From positions 1 to 5,463 of the IMG/VR virus record IMGVR_UViG_3300011982_000240: a DNA stretch of 5,463 bases. One strand, 5' to 3'. A program made the translations under genes and the position numbers. Every line of letters begins with the position of its first letter. Within the stretch, counting starts at the first letter, position 1. The notes under the pieces were generated by a model. The model was not told the origin of the DNA. It saw only the letters and a program-made list of their open reading frames with translations, and did not search any database. This stretch comes from a virus. Shown piece by piece: positions 4,805-5,463 of the stretch.

Positions 4805-4873
4805 AATCTTTAAAAAAATTGCTAAAGCACTATGATAAATTTTTCCGAATTTATCATTATTTTTTTAAAGATT
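4805..4873. repeat. 69-nt nested inverted repeat forming a long interrupted hairpin; candidate packaging signal, complementary-strand origin or terminator
   Basis: The outer arms are 15-bp perfect: AATCTTTAAAAAAAT (4805..4819) and ATTTTTTTAAAGATT (4859..4873). The inner stem is 10 bp (4832..4841 / 4848..4857, ATGATAAATT / AATTTATCAT) with the loop TTTCCG. It starts 1 nt after the stop of the 4875..5177 ORF. Confidence 0.55.
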
Positions 4874-4874
4874 T

Positions 4875-5177
4875 CTACAGAAAAACAATAGGTGCCGCAG
4901 ATTGAAGATCATCAAAAAGCAAAATTTGAAAGAAATCAACAGGGTAATCTCTATATGTATAAACAGAATAATGATGGCAAGAAAAATAACTAGACTGTTT
5001 ATAATGTTCTAAAAGTAATCTTAAATCTCTATTCCCAAACATACAGTACATACATTCATTGTCAGAAGAAGTAACAACAACAATAGAATCACTTAATAAA
5101 TTCAAGTGCTGTAAATGCTTAACTAAACTGCCAATATTAGAATATTTTTCTAAAAAACCTTTATCTTCGAAAATCAC
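4875..5177 (-). CDS. Hypothetical 100-aa protein (104 aa if started at GTG 5189); no ATG start available
   Basis: Track ORF. A frame open for over 100 codons in roughly 30% GC DNA is unlikely by chance. The SD AGAAGGTGG (5194..5186) is followed after 8 nt by GTG 5177..5175, which I prefer over the track's GTG at 5189 because that one lies inside the SD. It contains C-x2-C (C46, C49 in track numbering) and C71-H72-H73. Confidence 0.5.
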   Translation of the reverse strand: MIFEDKGFLEKYSNIGSLVKHLQHLNLLSDSIVVVTSSDNECMYCMFGNRDLRLLLEHYKQSSYFSCHHYSVYTYRDYPVDFFQILLFDDLQSAAPIVFL

Positions 5178-5221
5178 AAATAACACCACCTTCTAAAAAA
5201 ATAATATCCAAACGAAACATA

Positions 5222-5314
5222 ACGCTTAATTTTAGGAGCAAAAAACAAAAGAATCATAAGAATATGATATAAAATCGAAAATAAGGGCAAAAATAAGCGC
5301 ATTAAGGGCTTAAT
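5222..5314. promoter_or_regulatory. Cluster of short iterons and palindromes in the non-coding region upstream of the 100-aa ORF
   Basis: Tandem repeats AAAATAAGGGC (5278..5288) and AAAATAAGCGC (5290..5300) have a 12-nt period. The palindrome ATTAAG-GG-CTTAAT lies at 5301..5314. An inverted partial copy, GCTTAAT, lies at 5224..5230. A second palindrome, ATCATA-AGAA-TATGAT, lies at 5253..5268. Confidence 0.35.
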
Positions 5315-5318
5315 CATT

Positions 5319-5462
5319 CTAAACATGAGTATGAGTACATCCTTTCTTTTTTGACGCTCCTGTGCGACTGCGTGGGCGCACAGAGCGTTTCACAAATTCA
5401 ACAAGAGAAATAAAAGCAATCTTAAATTTATCTAATAACCACTTCCAGGAACTTAAATAACG
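5319..5462 (-). CDS. Possible 3' end (47 codons) of a gene entering from the right edge
   Basis: This is the only minus frame open from the edge: ..RYLSSWKWLLDKFKIAFISLVEFVKRSVRPRSRTGASKKKGCTHTHV, with the stop at 5321..5319. I roughly estimate a 5-10% chance of this arising at random, so support is weak. The GC-rich hairpin at 5354..5388 lies inside it. Confidence 0.3.
   Translation of the reverse strand, partial: RYLSSWKWLLDKFKIAFISLVEFVKRSVRPRSRTGASKKKGCTHTHV
5354..5388. repeat. GC-rich imperfect hairpin (12 bp with one bulged C)
   Basis: The arms are ACGCTC(C)TGTGCG (5354..5366) and CGCACAGAGCGT (5377..5388), with the loop ACTGCGTGGG. It is the strongest GC stem in the window. The T-run precedes it on the plus strand, so an A-run follows it on the minus strand, and it is not a canonical terminator in either direction. 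Confidence 0.5.
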
Positions 5463-5463
5463 T

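Noticed and set aside
5253-5268. ATCATA-AGAA-TATGAT palindrome as a possible dif-like XerCD site for chromosomal integration
   Set aside because: dif sites have roughly 11-nt arms around a 6-nt central region. Here the arms are 6 nt with a 4-nt spacer, and the flanks do not match the dif consensus I recall. It is more likely an operator or chance in AT-rich DNA, and I kept it only as part of the repeat cluster.
5354-5393. GC-rich hairpin as a rho-independent terminator
   Set aside because: On the plus strand the T-run precedes the stem and only TTT follows it. On the minus strand the stem is followed by an A-run. No plus-strand gene ends nearby, so it does not fit an intrinsic terminator in either orientation.
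1-5463. Search for tRNA, rRNA, CRISPR repeats, IS or transposase ends, integrase and toxin-antitoxin pairs
   Set aside because: I saw no cloverleaf-compatible GC-rich segments, no regularly spaced direct repeats of 24 nt or more, no terminal inverted repeats flanking a transposase-like ORF, and no recombinase motifs in any frame. The short repeats found are all intergenic regulatory-scale elements.

Overview
AT-rich window (about 30% GC by eye; the minus strand is T-rich). Every credible gene lies on the minus strand, tightly packed and often overlapping. I read it as a nearly complete genome or prophage of a filamentous ssDNA phage (inovirus-like) from a low-GC, probably monoderm, host using the standard genetic code. 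In minus-strand order the window holds: an edge-truncated ORF tail; a non-coding iteron/palindrome region; a 100-104 aa ORF with a non-ATG start; and a 196-nt structured intergenic region. That region carries a long nested hairpin, a GC-rich island and a perfect 13-bp hairpin. Next come an HUH rolling-circle Rep with all three motifs, a small HTH protein, and a 49-aa ORF missing from the supplied track. They are followed by a 352-aa signal-peptide plus C-terminal-anchor protein (pIII-like adsorption protein) and a run of small membrane proteins, three of which are below the track cutoff. The run ends with two diverged tandem paralogs of a roughly 55-63 aa major-coat-like protein, a rho-independent terminator, a 45-aa hydrophobic ORF, and a Zot/pI-like P-loop assembly ATPase running off the left edge (also missing from the track). 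No rRNA, tRNA, CRISPR, transposase, integrase, secretin or lysis gene is visible. All functional calls rest on motifs and architecture read by eye; no database search was possible. The points most worth follow-up are the tandem coat paralogs that look to be under purifying selection, the hairpin upstream of rep whose loop reads ACTTGATAT on the coding strand, the long packaging-signal-like nested hairpin, and the several unannotated micro-ORFs linked by ATGA overlaps.
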